A stretch of 64,000 bases of DNA, from positions 416,001 to 480,000 of the forward strand of contig CAVSGG010000009.1 of the NCBI GenBank assembly GCA_963727455.1, in the 5' to 3' direction. A model generated the notes under the pieces. The model did not search any database. It was not told where the DNA came from and was given only the letters and a program-made list of their open reading frames with translations. The DNA is from Candidatus Krumholzibacteriota bacterium (lineage in GTDB: Bacteria > Krumholzibacteriota > Krumholzibacteriia > JAJRXK01). Made by a program: the position numbers and the translations under genes. Below, piece after piece: positions 1-10,129 of this stretch. Every line of letters starts with the position of its first letter. Within the stretch, counting starts at the first letter, position 1.

Positions 1-2
1 AC

Positions 3-827
3 GTGAAGGAAGCAATCCGGCGCCGCAAGTCGCGCGCCGATCACCCCTCGCGTCGCTTTCGCCGCCAGATTGCGGAGGGAACGATTCGCATCTCCACCAC
101 CGGCAAGCAGGTGGGGCAAGTCAACGGGCTTGCGGTGATTTCGGCCGGCAACATGACTTACGGATTCCCCGCCCGCATCACCGCGACCATCGGCCCGGGA
201 ACGGCGGGCATGATCAACATCGATCGTGAGTCCGCCCTCTCCGGCGCGATCCACACCAAGGGTTTCTACATTCTGGGTGGATTGCTGCGGCACCTCTTGC
301 GCACCGAGCATCCGCTGGCCTTCGATGCGAGCGTGGCCTTCGAACAGAGCTATGGAGGAATCGACGGCGATTCCGCATCCGGTGCGGAGACCTGCTGCCT
401 TCTGAGCGCCCTGACCGACATTCCCCTGCGTCAGGAAGTCGCCATGACCGGCGCCATCGACCAGATGGGGAACATCATGGCCATCGGGGCGGTGAACGAG
501 AAGATCGAGGGCTTCTTCGACACCTGCGCCGACCAGGGACTCAACGGTTCGCAAGGGGTGATCATTCCCCAGGCCAATGCAGACGACCTTCAGCTACGCG
601 AGGATGTCGTGAAGGCCTGCGCCGAGGGACGCTTCGCGGTTTGGGCGGTAAAGACCGTCCACGAGGCCTTGCAAGTCTTCACCGGAATGCCCGCCGGCAA
701 GCGCAATGCGAAGGGACGCTATCCGCAAGGAACCGTCCTCTACGAGGCCATGCAAAAGGCGCTCGAATTCTGGGAGAAGGCAGTCGGCGCCCCGAGCGCG
801 GCAGGCTCCTCGAAGGCGAAGAGCTGA
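3..827 (+). CDS. Lon-family (S16) ATP-dependent protease, C-terminal proteolytic domain; 5'-truncated by the window edge
   Basis: VGQVNGLAV, FEQSYGGIDGDSAS (catalytic Ser) and IGAVNEKIEGFF (catalytic Lys), typical of LonB/LonC/YcbZ-like proteases. Confidence 0.9.
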   Translation: MKEAIRRRKSRADHPSRRFRRQIAEGTIRISTTGKQVGQVNGLAVISAGNMTYGFPARITATIGPGTAGMINIDRESALSGAIHTKGFYILGGLLRHLLRTEHPLAFDASVAFEQSYGGIDGDSASGAETCCLLSALTDIPLRQEVAMTGAIDQMGNIMAIGAVNEKIEGFFDTCADQGLNGSQGVIIPQANADDLQLREDVVKACAEGRFAVWAVKTVHEALQVFTGMPAGKRNAKGRYPQGTVLYEAMQKALEFWEKAVGAPSAAGSSKAKS

Positions 828-834
828 TCGGCTC

Positions 835-3800
835 TCACTTCACCAGAGTCATCTTGCGGTGCTCGACCAACTCGCCGGCCTTCAGCTGGTACAGATACAC
901 TCCGCTAGACACTCTCATGCCGTCCTCGCTCCGTCCGTCCCAGACCACGGTCCGCTCTCCCGCCTCCTCCGCACCGTCCACCAGGGTGCGCACGAGTCGA
1001 CCCCTCTGGTCGTAAATCCTCAGACTCACCTTGCCGCTGCGAGGCAAGACGTAGCGGATCGAAGTCGAAGGATTGAAGGGATTGGGATAGTTCTGATCGA
1101 GCACGAAGCGCCGCCCGGGCGCGTCGTTCACTCCGGTGGGGCTCCCCACCTGAATGGATAGGTTGTCAACTGCCCAACCCCATCCGTGAACGCCCGCGTC
1201 GGCAAAGAGTCGGAAGCGCACCAATATGGTGTCGCCCCAGTCGAAGGTGTTCAGAAGATCGAGACTGCGATGGCGGAAGAGCGAGGAGTTGCCGCTCTGG
1301 GACGAATTCCAGGCGTTGAGCCAATCCGGATCGCTGCGGCTGTCGTAGCCATCCACCAGGGGTAGCCAGGTGCTGCCGTCCTTGGAGCCCTCCACGATCA
1401 CGTAATCCCAGAACGCCAGGTCACCGAACACCGTTCCCGGATCGCCCGGCTCCACCAGCACCACTTCATCGAATTCCATGATCGCGTCGGACTGAGCCAC
1501 CCGAATGGGTATGGTGAGAGTGGAAGTCGAGGTGGTGTTGTCCGCGTAGGGGTGGGCCGATTGGATCGCCTCGTCGCTAAACCCGGACGCCAGGCTCACG
1601 TTCAGTCCACTCCCTTCGAAATCAGGATTGCCGCCGTTGAAATCGGTGGCATAACTGAAAACGGGCGGGTTCAACGCATAGACATAGAGCGACTTGACCG
1701 GGGAAGAGTAGCTCGAGGCCCCCAGGTGGGAGACCAGCTGGATGTTGGCCATTTCCGAGTTCATGACGGACAGTTCCACCAGGGGACGGTCCCCCGCCGC
1801 ATTGGCGGGCAGGACGGTGGCCACCGCACCGTTCATCATGACCTCGGTGGAATCGTACGCGGAGCGCAGGGTCGTCTCCACGTCCAACTCTCCGGAGGGA
1901 ATCTGGTAGAGCTTCTCGATGAGGGGGGTGAAGGTTTTCCCCGCCACCATGCTGGGCCGCTTGACCGACCAGATGCCCAGTCCATGGGTGGCCACCACCA
2001 CTTCGTCTTCGACGGCGGTCAATTGCCAGATGCCCACGTTGGGCAGGCCGTTGTCGGCCAGATGCCAGGATGCTCCGTCGTCGGTCGACTCGAAGAGACC
2101 GATCTCGGTCCCCGCCCACAACGTGGTCGGCTGGTCGGGCAGTACGAGAAGGTCGTAGACCGCCACGTCGGGGAAGCCGTTGCTGCTCGGTGCGCCGGAT
2201 GCGAAGCCGGTGATGTCCTGCCAGCTCTGTCCCTGATCCTGGGTGCGGAGAATCTTGGGCCGGCCCGCGAAGGAGAAGAGGACGTAGGCCGTTTGATCGT
2301 CGCTCGGATGCGTGGCCAGGCCGGAAATTTGTCCCATGGTCACGCCAAGGAAGTCCGGAACCGGCGCGAAACTCAGGCCGCCGTTGGTCGAAAGGTAAAT
2401 TGAGCCGCCCACGTCCATGTGCGAGCCTGCCCACACCACGTCCGGATTGGCCTGCGAGACTCTCACGTCCAGGAAACTGGAGAACACCCAATCGGAGGTG
2501 TTCATGCTGGCGAGGCTCCAGTTCGCCGCAAAATCGTCGCTACGCCACACCCCAGATTTCCCCACTGCAAAGAGCAAGTCCGGCGCGTCGTTGGACTTTC
2601 CGAGCTTGGTGATGAAGGGTGCCGAACCACTTCCCGTGTCGCTCAGACCGCTGGTCGCCGCGTTCCAGGTGGTTCCGCCGTCAATCGAGCGCAAAATCCC
2701 GTTGTATTGATATCCTCCCGCCAGTTTGAGCGGATCGACGAAGTTCCACGAGGTCTCGTAGCCGTCGCCACCGATCTGAAACACCCAGGGGGTCAGGGCG
2801 TCGGGATTTTCAGGAGATCGCCAGGTGGAGTTGTCCTGCATGCCGCCAATATAGGCGCTGGCGCCCGGCTTCTTGTCCACTCCGTAGAATTGGGTCGTAT
2901 TCAAACCGAGGATGGGCATGCTCCAACCGGTGTCCATGTCGGAGGAAACGGCGATGCCACCGTCGTTCGCGTCGAGAAGCCGCCACGGGGTATTCAGGTT
3001 TCCAGGCAAGAGCACGAGATTGTGATGATCAACGTGCACTCCCGTCTGGGCGAGAAGCGTACTCTGCCGATGGCTCGCATCGAGCATGGTGATCTTCCAC
3101 AACTGGATCCCCCCCACGTAGACCACGTCGGGGTCGGTGGGATGACACAGTATGGTGTTGTCGTACCAGCCCTGCGCTCCCAGCCAATTCGGCTCGGTCC
3201 CCATCTCCGTAGTCTGAGCCCAGGTGGCTCCCGCGTCCGAGGAGATCCAGAGCTGGCTGGTTCCGGAAGCGCCCTGAGCCGCAGCGAAGATGCGGCTGGT
3301 ATTCACGGGAGAGATGGCCAACTCGAAGCGACCAGCGAAATCCGTAATTCCGCTGTTGGTGTAGGACCAGCTGTCCCCGCTATCGATAGACTTCAGGATT
3401 CCTCCCTGCCGTACTGTCGCGTAGAGCACGGTGAAATCCCCCGGGGTCGCTTTCAGGTCCTGCACGTCGTTCCCCGCGTCGGGTTGCGTGAAAACCGTGG
3501 TCCAGGTGGCGCCGCCATCGGTGGACTTGAAGATGTTCGAACTGATGTTGTAGTCCTGCTTGTAGCGACCGGTCGTGGCCGCGACGATCAGCACATCGGG
3601 GTCATTGGGATCGACCAGGATGCGCGAGATGTTGTTGAACTCGGGATCATCGAGGGTGCTCGCCAGCGGAGCCCAGCTTGCGCCATGGTCCACGGACTTC
3701 AGCATGCCGTTACCGTTCATTGCATCGATGTTGAAGAAGCTCTCCCCCGTCCCTGCATAAATGATGTCGGGCTGACTCTCGCACTGGGCCAGCGTAGAAG

Positions 3801-4335
3801 TGGCGAAGCTCTGCGGATCGGGCGTCACCAGCAGCCAGTTCGCCCCCGCGTCGGAGGTCTTCCACACGCCTCCGCCGACCGATCCCACGAACCAGGTGTT
3901 CCCCGTGGCGTCCGAGGGATCGACCAGCAGACCACGAGCTCGCCCCGCCACATTGCCCGGCCCCCGCTCCACCCAGGATAGAGGCGTGCTCGCGGCCTTG
4001 GCGCTCGACTTGGCCTTCTCGAGCTCGAGGATGCGGTATCCCTTTTGGTACCCGTCCTCGATCCGGTCGGCAGGAACTTTCATGTCGTGGAGAATCTTCA
4101 GGAAGAGGTCGGGGCGGTCGGTTTCCGGTTCCCCGCGCTCCTCGTTCCGGGCGTCCTCGATCTTGGAATCGAGGTGGAAGGCGGTGGGCGAGCCACTCCC
4201 GAAATGCTGCCGCAGATGAATCAAGCGCGCCAATTGCTCACGATAGTGGCTGGAATCCTCCCGGGGAAGGAAGACAAAGAGAAGTCCAGTGGCCGCGAGA
4301 AGGAGAAGCACCTGAAGTCGTCGAGTCGGTCGCAT
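835..4335 (-). CDS. Secreted BNR/Asp-box beta-propeller protein (VPS10/GH74-like) with C-terminal FlgD-Ig/Por-type secretion domain
   Basis: N-terminal signal/TM; many SxDxGxxW Asp-box repeats; WVERGPGNVAGRAR; C-terminus LDQNYPNPFNPST...WDG...SSGVYLYQL...RKMTLVK. Confidence 0.85.
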   Translation of the reverse strand: MRPTRRLQVLLLLAATGLLFVFLPREDSSHYREQLARLIHLRQHFGSGSPTAFHLDSKIEDARNEERGEPETDRPDLFLKILHDMKVPADRIEDGYQKGYRILELEKAKSSAKAASTPLSWVERGPGNVAGRARGLLVDPSDATGNTWFVGSVGGGVWKTSDAGANWLLVTPDPQSFATSTLAQCESQPDIIYAGTGESFFNIDAMNGNGMLKSVDHGASWAPLASTLDDPEFNNISRILVDPNDPDVLIVAATTGRYKQDYNISSNIFKSTDGGATWTTVFTQPDAGNDVQDLKATPGDFTVLYATVRQGGILKSIDSGDSWSYTNSGITDFAGRFELAISPVNTSRIFAAAQGASGTSQLWISSDAGATWAQTTEMGTEPNWLGAQGWYDNTILCHPTDPDVVYVGGIQLWKITMLDASHRQSTLLAQTGVHVDHHNLVLLPGNLNTPWRLLDANDGGIAVSSDMDTGWSMPILGLNTTQFYGVDKKPGASAYIGGMQDNSTWRSPENPDALTPWVFQIGGDGYETSWNFVDPLKLAGGYQYNGILRSIDGGTTWNAATSGLSDTGSGSAPFITKLGKSNDAPDLLFAVGKSGVWRSDDFAANWSLASMNTSDWVFSSFLDVRVSQANPDVVWAGSHMDVGGSIYLSTNGGLSFAPVPDFLGVTMGQISGLATHPSDDQTAYVLFSFAGRPKILRTQDQGQSWQDITGFASGAPSSNGFPDVAVYDLLVLPDQPTTLWAGTEIGLFESTDDGASWHLADNGLPNVGIWQLTAVEDEVVVATHGLGIWSVKRPSMVAGKTFTPLIEKLYQIPSGELDVETTLRSAYDSTEVMMNGAVATVLPANAAGDRPLVELSVMNSEMANIQLVSHLGASSYSSPVKSLYVYALNPPVFSYATDFNGGNPDFEGSGLNVSLASGFSDEAIQSAHPYADNTTSTSTLTIPIRVAQSDAIMEFDEVVLVEPGDPGTVFGDLAFWDYVIVEGSKDGSTWLPLVDGYDSRSDPDWLNAWNSSQSGNSSLFRHRSLDLLNTFDWGDTILVRFRLFADAGVHGWGWAVDNLSIQVGSPTGVNDAPGRRFVLDQNYPNPFNPSTSIRYVLPRSGKVSLRIYDQRGRLVRTLVDGAEEAGERTVVWDGRSEDGMRVSSGVYLYQLKAGELVEHRKMTLVK

Positions 4336-4455
4336 TGTCGCGCTTTCTGCGGGATTCTAGTAAGAAGGAGCCAAGACACGATGCCCCCATAGGTGATATT
4401 TACCCGCAACGAAGCGATACTGACAATCCCCCTGCCCGAAAGGCCGAACAGAACG

Positions 4456-5445
4456 ATGCAATATCGCAGATTGGGCAATAGTGGCCTGAAAGTCTCAGCT
4501 CTCTCCTTTGGTTCCTGGGTGACCTTCGACCTCCAGCTCGGCGACGAGTCGGCACAAGAATGCATGGAGGTGGCGTACGAGGCCGGGGTCAATTACTTCG
4601 ACAACGCCGAAGCCTACGCCGCGGGCCATTCCGAAGAGATCATGGGACGAGTTCTGAAGAAGCTGGGATGGGGCCGCGATACTTACTGCGTCTCTTCGAA
4701 GGTCTTCTGGGGCGGCGAGAAGCCGACGCAACGCGGACTCTCCGCGAAGCACGTGCACGACGCCTGCCACGCCGCCCTGCGCCGTTTCCAACTGGATTAT
4801 CTCGACCTATTTTTCTGTCACCGTCCCGACGCGGAGACTCCCATCGTGGAAACGGTCCGCGCCATGGACACCCTCATTCGGCAGGGCAAGGTGCTCTACT
4901 GGGGAACCAGCGAGTGGAGTGCAGTGGAGATCATGGAGGCGCACAAGGTCGCGCGCGAGTGGGGACTCATTCCTCCGGTGATGGAGCAACCGCAGTACAA
5001 CATGTACTCGCGCCAACGGGTGGAGGCCGAGTATCGCCATCTTTACGAAACGGTGGGATTGGGAACGACGATTTGGTCGCCCCTGGCCTCGGGAATTTTG
5101 ACTGGAAAGTACAAGGACGGCGCTCCCGAAGGCTCACGGGTGAATCTGCCCGGTTACGACTGGCTCAAGGAGATCATCTTTTCCGAGGAGGGGAAGGAGA
5201 AGATCCGCAAGACGGTCCATCTGGAACCTGTGGCCCAAGAACTCGGGATGAGCCTGGCTCAGCTCGCTATCGCCTGGTGTCTGAAGAACGAACGGGTAAG
5301 CACGGTCATCCTCGGCGCCTCGAATGTGGATCAGTTGCGGGAGAATCTGAAAACTATGGCTCTCGTGTCCAAGCTGGACGAGACGGTGATGGAACGCATC
5401 GAGAAGATCCTGGATAACAAGCCGCCGGCTCCGCCGCGCTACTGA
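4456..5445 (+). CDS. Aldo/keto reductase, Kv-beta-like family
   Basis: MQYRRLGNSGLKVSALSFGSW, FDNAEAY, CHRPD, WGTSEW, WSPLASG; start placed at ATG 4456. Confidence 0.92.
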   Translation: MQYRRLGNSGLKVSALSFGSWVTFDLQLGDESAQECMEVAYEAGVNYFDNAEAYAAGHSEEIMGRVLKKLGWGRDTYCVSSKVFWGGEKPTQRGLSAKHVHDACHAALRRFQLDYLDLFFCHRPDAETPIVETVRAMDTLIRQGKVLYWGTSEWSAVEIMEAHKVAREWGLIPPVMEQPQYNMYSRQRVEAEYRHLYETVGLGTTIWSPLASGILTGKYKDGAPEGSRVNLPGYDWLKEIIFSEEGKEKIRKTVHLEPVAQELGMSLAQLAIAWCLKNERVSTVILGASNVDQLRENLKTMALVSKLDETVMERIEKILDNKPPAPPRY

Positions 5446-6329
5446 ACCGCAGCCTGTGACCAGCGCCAGAATTCCTCCTGCAGCCTCTCGTCCCGGCTGA
5501 GCGGGGAAGACTCCACGCGCTCCTTCAGGTAGAAGTAGGCGCCGCTGACTCCTGCGAGCTGGGGCGCGGTGGCCAAGTGCACCACCGCGTCGCTTCCCTC
5601 GCTGACTTTCTTGAAGAAGGGGGCTCCAGCGCGCCACAGCCAGCCCGCAAGCCTGGAGTGGCCAGTCGCGATTCCCGTAGGAAGCGTGCCCGGATGCAGA
5701 CAATTCACGTCGACACGACGTTCTGCGAGCCGCCGCGCCAAGGAATAGGTGAAGAGGATGTTGGCCAGCTTGGACCGGGCGTAAGCTTCCCAGAAGGAAT
5801 AGTGCCTGGACAGGGTCATGTCGTCGAAGTCGATGCGGCCGCGGGTATGCGCAACGGAGGCCACGTTCACGACGCGCGCGCCGGGAGGTAGAAGGCCCAA
5901 GAGCTGGTTCGTGAGCAAGAAGGGGCCGAGGTGGTTGACGGCCAGAGTCCACTCGTGGCCCTGTGGACTGAGCCGGTGGGTGCGCGAGATGAGGCCGGCG
6001 TTGTTCACGAGAACATCGAGGACCTCATGCATCTCCTCCACGACCGCAACCGCGCGTCGAACTTGCTCGAGGTCACCCAGATCGCAGAGGAGGAGTTCCG
6101 TCTTGTCGCTCTCGGCGGTGTTGCGAATCCACTCCTGCGCGCGGCGACCGCGATTCTCATCGCGTACCAGAAGTACGACCCAAAAATTTTGCAGGGCCAA
6201 ATCGCGCGCCACCAGACGTCCGATTCCCGAACTCGCGCCGGTAACGAGCGCCACTCTCTGGCGCCGCGCATCTCCCTTCCGCTCGACCTGAGGCCGAGTC
6301 ACAGTTTTCAGATCAACGGCCTTGGACAT
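5439..6329 (-). CDS. Short-chain dehydrogenase/reductase (retinol dehydrogenase-like)
   Basis: TGASSGIG, NNAG, VNHLG, YARSK, HPG motifs. Confidence 0.92.
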   Translation of the reverse strand: MSKAVDLKTVTRPQVERKGDARRQRVALVTGASSGIGRLVARDLALQNFWVVLLVRDENRGRRAQEWIRNTAESDKTELLLCDLGDLEQVRRAVAVVEEMHEVLDVLVNNAGLISRTHRLSPQGHEWTLAVNHLGPFLLTNQLLGLLPPGARVVNVASVAHTRGRIDFDDMTLSRHYSFWEAYARSKLANILFTYSLARRLAERRVDVNCLHPGTLPTGIATGHSRLAGWLWRAGAPFFKKVSEGSDAVVHLATAPQLAGVSGAYFYLKERVESSPLSRDERLQEEFWRWSQAAVQ

Positions 6330-6334
6330 CTCTC

Positions 6335-8982
6335 TTATCGGGCGGCCGACCGGTGCATCAACCGCTCCATCTCCGCGGGGACGTTCATCATCAGGTGAAA
6401 CGCTCTCTGCCCTTGGGTATCTCGATTGTACACGATAGCCAAACGCTCACCGCCGGGGTACACGTCATAGTCCTCGACGTAGCCACCGAGTTCTTCGTGC
6501 GAGAGGATTTTCTCTGGTCGGCCCACTCGAAACCGAGGACTGAGGCTCAGCTCGACCCGATACAAAGCCTCACCTTGAGGCCCTGAATAGAAGAGGGCTT
6601 TCCCGTCACTTGCCCAGCGAGCTCCGATCCCCCCGTCGACAGAGACCTGAGTGCGGCCCCCGCCCTCCATTCGTGAGACATAGACCTCGCTCCGGTTGGA
6701 ACTCACGGCACCATACGCCAACCAACGCCCATCCGGAGAGACCTTGGCCCCCGTCTCGTTGAAGGGGGACTGGACGAGCGGGACTCACCTTCTGATCCTC
6801 CAGAGAGAACTTCATGATGTCCATTCCCGTTCCCTTGTCGAAACTTCCGAACAGGAGAGCCTCCCCATCCGGAGTCCAGTCAAAGGCATTCAGGTCCCTC
6901 GCGCTGGGAAAGAGGAGCCGCGGAGTCGCCCCTCCCTGGGCGGCAATCGAATAGAGCTCGAAGGGGCCTCGTCGCATGCTCGCGAAGGTAATGGTCCGTC
7001 CATCCGGCGAGTAAATCGCGCTCTGGTTGGTGCCATCGACGGTGAGCTGCGTTAGAGATTGGCGTACCGAATCCAGTACCCAAACATCGCTCTTACCCGC
7101 CTCCTCGATACAGAGGACCATGTGCCTTCCGTCTGGCGCAATCGAGACCCGATCATAGTCGCGCTCTTCGGGGACGATCGGCTCGACCTTGCCCTCCAGA
7201 TCCGCCCACACCAGGCGCCCATGCGACGCAAAATCGGGCAGGTAGCAGAGATTGGTGCCCCCTACCGTGACGTTCGAAGAACCATCGGTGATACTCACCC
7301 GCACCGGATCGATCAGTGGAACGGGATCCCCCGTGACTTTGGCCCGATCGGGATCGAAGGGCGCGCACATGAGCGTGGCGCCCTGCACATAGAGGAGATA
7401 GCCGGGCTCCATGTACATGGGAGAAACTCCGTTCTCCACCACAACGTGAGCTTCTTTGCTCTTGCGGCTCACCACCTTGATGCGCGCATCGTCCAAGCGC
7501 GTACTCCAGGCCGTGAACAAGACATGGTCGTCGTCGGGAAGAACCCAAGGTTGCCAATGACCCAGCTCCCCCGCGCTGCTGTCGGGATGTGTGAGCGCAA
7601 CGGGAGAACCACCCACGGCCGGGATGGATACGAGTCCCGAGCTGAGGCTCGTGGGGCAGATGATCTGGCCGTCCTTGGTCCACGCGACTCCCGCAGGACC
7701 TCCCACGTCTTTCGAGATGAGCAAGGGCGTGCCACCCTCGACGGAAACGCGCATCAGACGACCATTTTCGCCTTGGCTTCGGAAAGCGACCCAACGGCCA
7801 TCTGGGGAGAAGCAGGGGCTGGTTGCGCCCATTTCGGTGAGTTTGCGCGAGTCCCAAGAATCAAGATTGCGCAGGAAGAGACGCGGTCCCTCCGGAGTTC
7901 TTGCGCTAAAGGCCAGCATCCGCCCATCGCGCGATAGGGCCGGGGCAAGCGAGAGGGGAACGGTATCCACGTTGGGTTTGAGGGCGACCCTCGTCTGCCG
8001 CAAAGACTCCGGTTCTTGATGACCGCTGACCCGGAGCACTGCAAAGCTCAGCAGGGCCCCCACGACGAGACCCAGGCCCAGCCACAGGAGCCGGGACTGA
8101 CGACGGGGACTGGCGATCTGGGGGGCTACCATCATTCTCGAATCGGCAATCACGTCCTCGAGCTCGATGCGCGCATCGCCGATATCGCGCAGACGCCGCT
8201 TCAGGTCCTTTTCCAGACACCGTTCGAGCAGCCGCTTTACGCTCGGTGGTGACATTGGCGGGCAGAAGCTCCCAGGCAGGTGCACGCTCGAGGATCTTCG
8301 CGATGGTGTCCGATACCGTCTCGGCCTGAAACAGTTGGTGCGCCGTCAACATCTCGAAGAGCACGCAACCGAAGGCCCAGATGTCGGCCCGCTTGTCCAC
8401 CATCTTGCCCCTGGCCTGCTCGGGGCTCATGTAGGCCGCGGTGCCCAGGATCACTCCGGCGGTGCTCACGTCGACGATGGTGGGCGAGTGGTCGATGTCG
8501 CTGTCAGTGCTTTCGATCGCCTTGGCCAGACCGAAGTCCAGCACCTTGACCTTGCCGTCGGCCGCGAAGCGGATGTTGGCGGGCTTGAGGTCACGGTGCA
8601 CTACGCCATTCTCGTGCGCTACTTCGAGCGCCTCGGCCACCTGGGCGGCCACGCGCGCTGCCTCGTCGACCGGCATGGGTCCGCGCGCGAGCCGGGTGGA
8701 GAGGTCCTCTCCCTCGACCAATTCCATGGCCAAAAAGTACACGCCTTCGTGCTGGGAAAAATCGTAGAGCGTGGCGATGTGGGGATGATTGAGCGAGGCA
8801 AGGAGGCGCGCCTCTCGTTCGAAACGTGCCACGCGCTCCCGGTCGGCAGCGAACTGCTCGGGGAGGATTTTGACGGCGACAGTGCGTCCCAGGCGTATGT
8901 CGCGCGCGCGATACACCTCGCCCATGCCGCCGACGCCGACCCGCGCTTCGATTTCGTAGTGGCCGAGAGTCTTCCCGATCAT
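6335..8982 (-). CDS. Hanks-type Ser/Thr kinase with TM and TolB/PD40 beta-propellers; two apparent frameshifts (~8248, ~6781)
   Basis: [26 protein letters not shown] in ORF 7906-8982; continues SVKRLLERCLEKD, TM and SPDG repeats in ORF 6606-8285; continues LVQSPFNETGAKVSPDGRWLAY into ORF 6335-6721. Confidence 0.85.
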
Positions 8983-9100
8983 CGTGGATTCCAGTACTTG
9001 TTGCGCATGCGGAGACGTCCCGGCTTTGTGCCGGGACGTCGCTGGGAGAATGACTTGGATGATACCCGGATTCTCTCCGGGGCCAAAGACAAACCCTGGT

Positions 9101-10112
9101 TCAGCTCTTGACCGCGATGGTCACCGCTCCCTCCTTCGGGGCTTCGCTGCGTGCCTGCGTCATGATCTTGAGCCTGATGGGCGAGCCGGCCAAATGCCGC
9201 GCCAGCTGCTCCTGGACCACAGCACCCATGGCCTCGGCAATCTCGTGGCTGCGCGCGAAGACATGGATCTCGATCGGCTCCTTCGCGTTCGCGTACTGGT
9301 TCAACCAGGAGGCGGCCTCCACCAGCCAGGGATCGTCCACCCCCGCCGGCCGCTGCGCCACCTCGGGCCCCATGAGCGACTTCCCCGAGAAGACCAGGCG
9401 GAATGCGTGGTCGGTCGCGAGACGATAGGGAGACACCTGAAATCCCTCACCCACGAAATTGCGCCGATTTCCCGCCTTGTCCTTGGCCGTAAGCACGTAC
9501 GAGTAGACGAGTCCGGGCAGAGCCAGCTCTCCCGAATCGTAGACTCCATTCCAGACGATCTCCTTGGGGAGCGATCCCTTTCCATTGAAGACACGCACCG
9601 TGTCGCCTTTGGAGTCGGCGATGATGAGCTGCCAGCTGGCCACGTCATCGAGCTCGGGGTGAAAGCGTGCCACCGAACCCTCGCGGAATTGCCGCAACCA
9701 GGGATGGCCCAGCGATTGGGCTCGATCCGCAGTGGAGGTGTTCACCAGGGGCGAGAGTAGGTCCACCTCCCGTCGCTGTACGACGTCCAGCGCGCTGCCC
9801 CAGCTCAGACCCTCGATGGCGTAACCGTCGATCTTCAGGTCGAGCTTGCGGACGATCGAATTCGATCTGGATCTTGTCCTCGCCTTCCACGGTGAGGGAA
9901 CGCAAGACCGTGGTCTTCTCGTCTCCCTTCAAAGTCATCGAGTCCGGCGCGGCATTGATCGCGTTCTGCTTCGCGGGATCCGAAGAGGGATCGGAAGTGG
10001 AATTCGCCGCGCTGCGTGCCGTCGCGGAGAGGGGCAAAAGCACGAGCGCCAGGATTCCGCTGGCAGCGGCGATCGCGATTCTTCGCGTCTTGCGGAAGCT
10101 TCGGGGTTTCAT
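9101..10112 (-). CDS. Exported hypothetical protein with FlgD/CTD-like Ig domain and degenerate OmpA-like C-terminus; one apparent frameshift (~9848)
   Basis: ATG 10112 with GAAAGG RBS, signal peptide MKPRSFRKTRRIAIAAASGILALVLLPLSATA; frame switches IEFDRP to KLDLKIDGYAIEGLSWG and joins ORF 9101-9766. Confidence 0.7.
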
Positions 10113-10129
10113 GATCGGCGACCCTTTCA

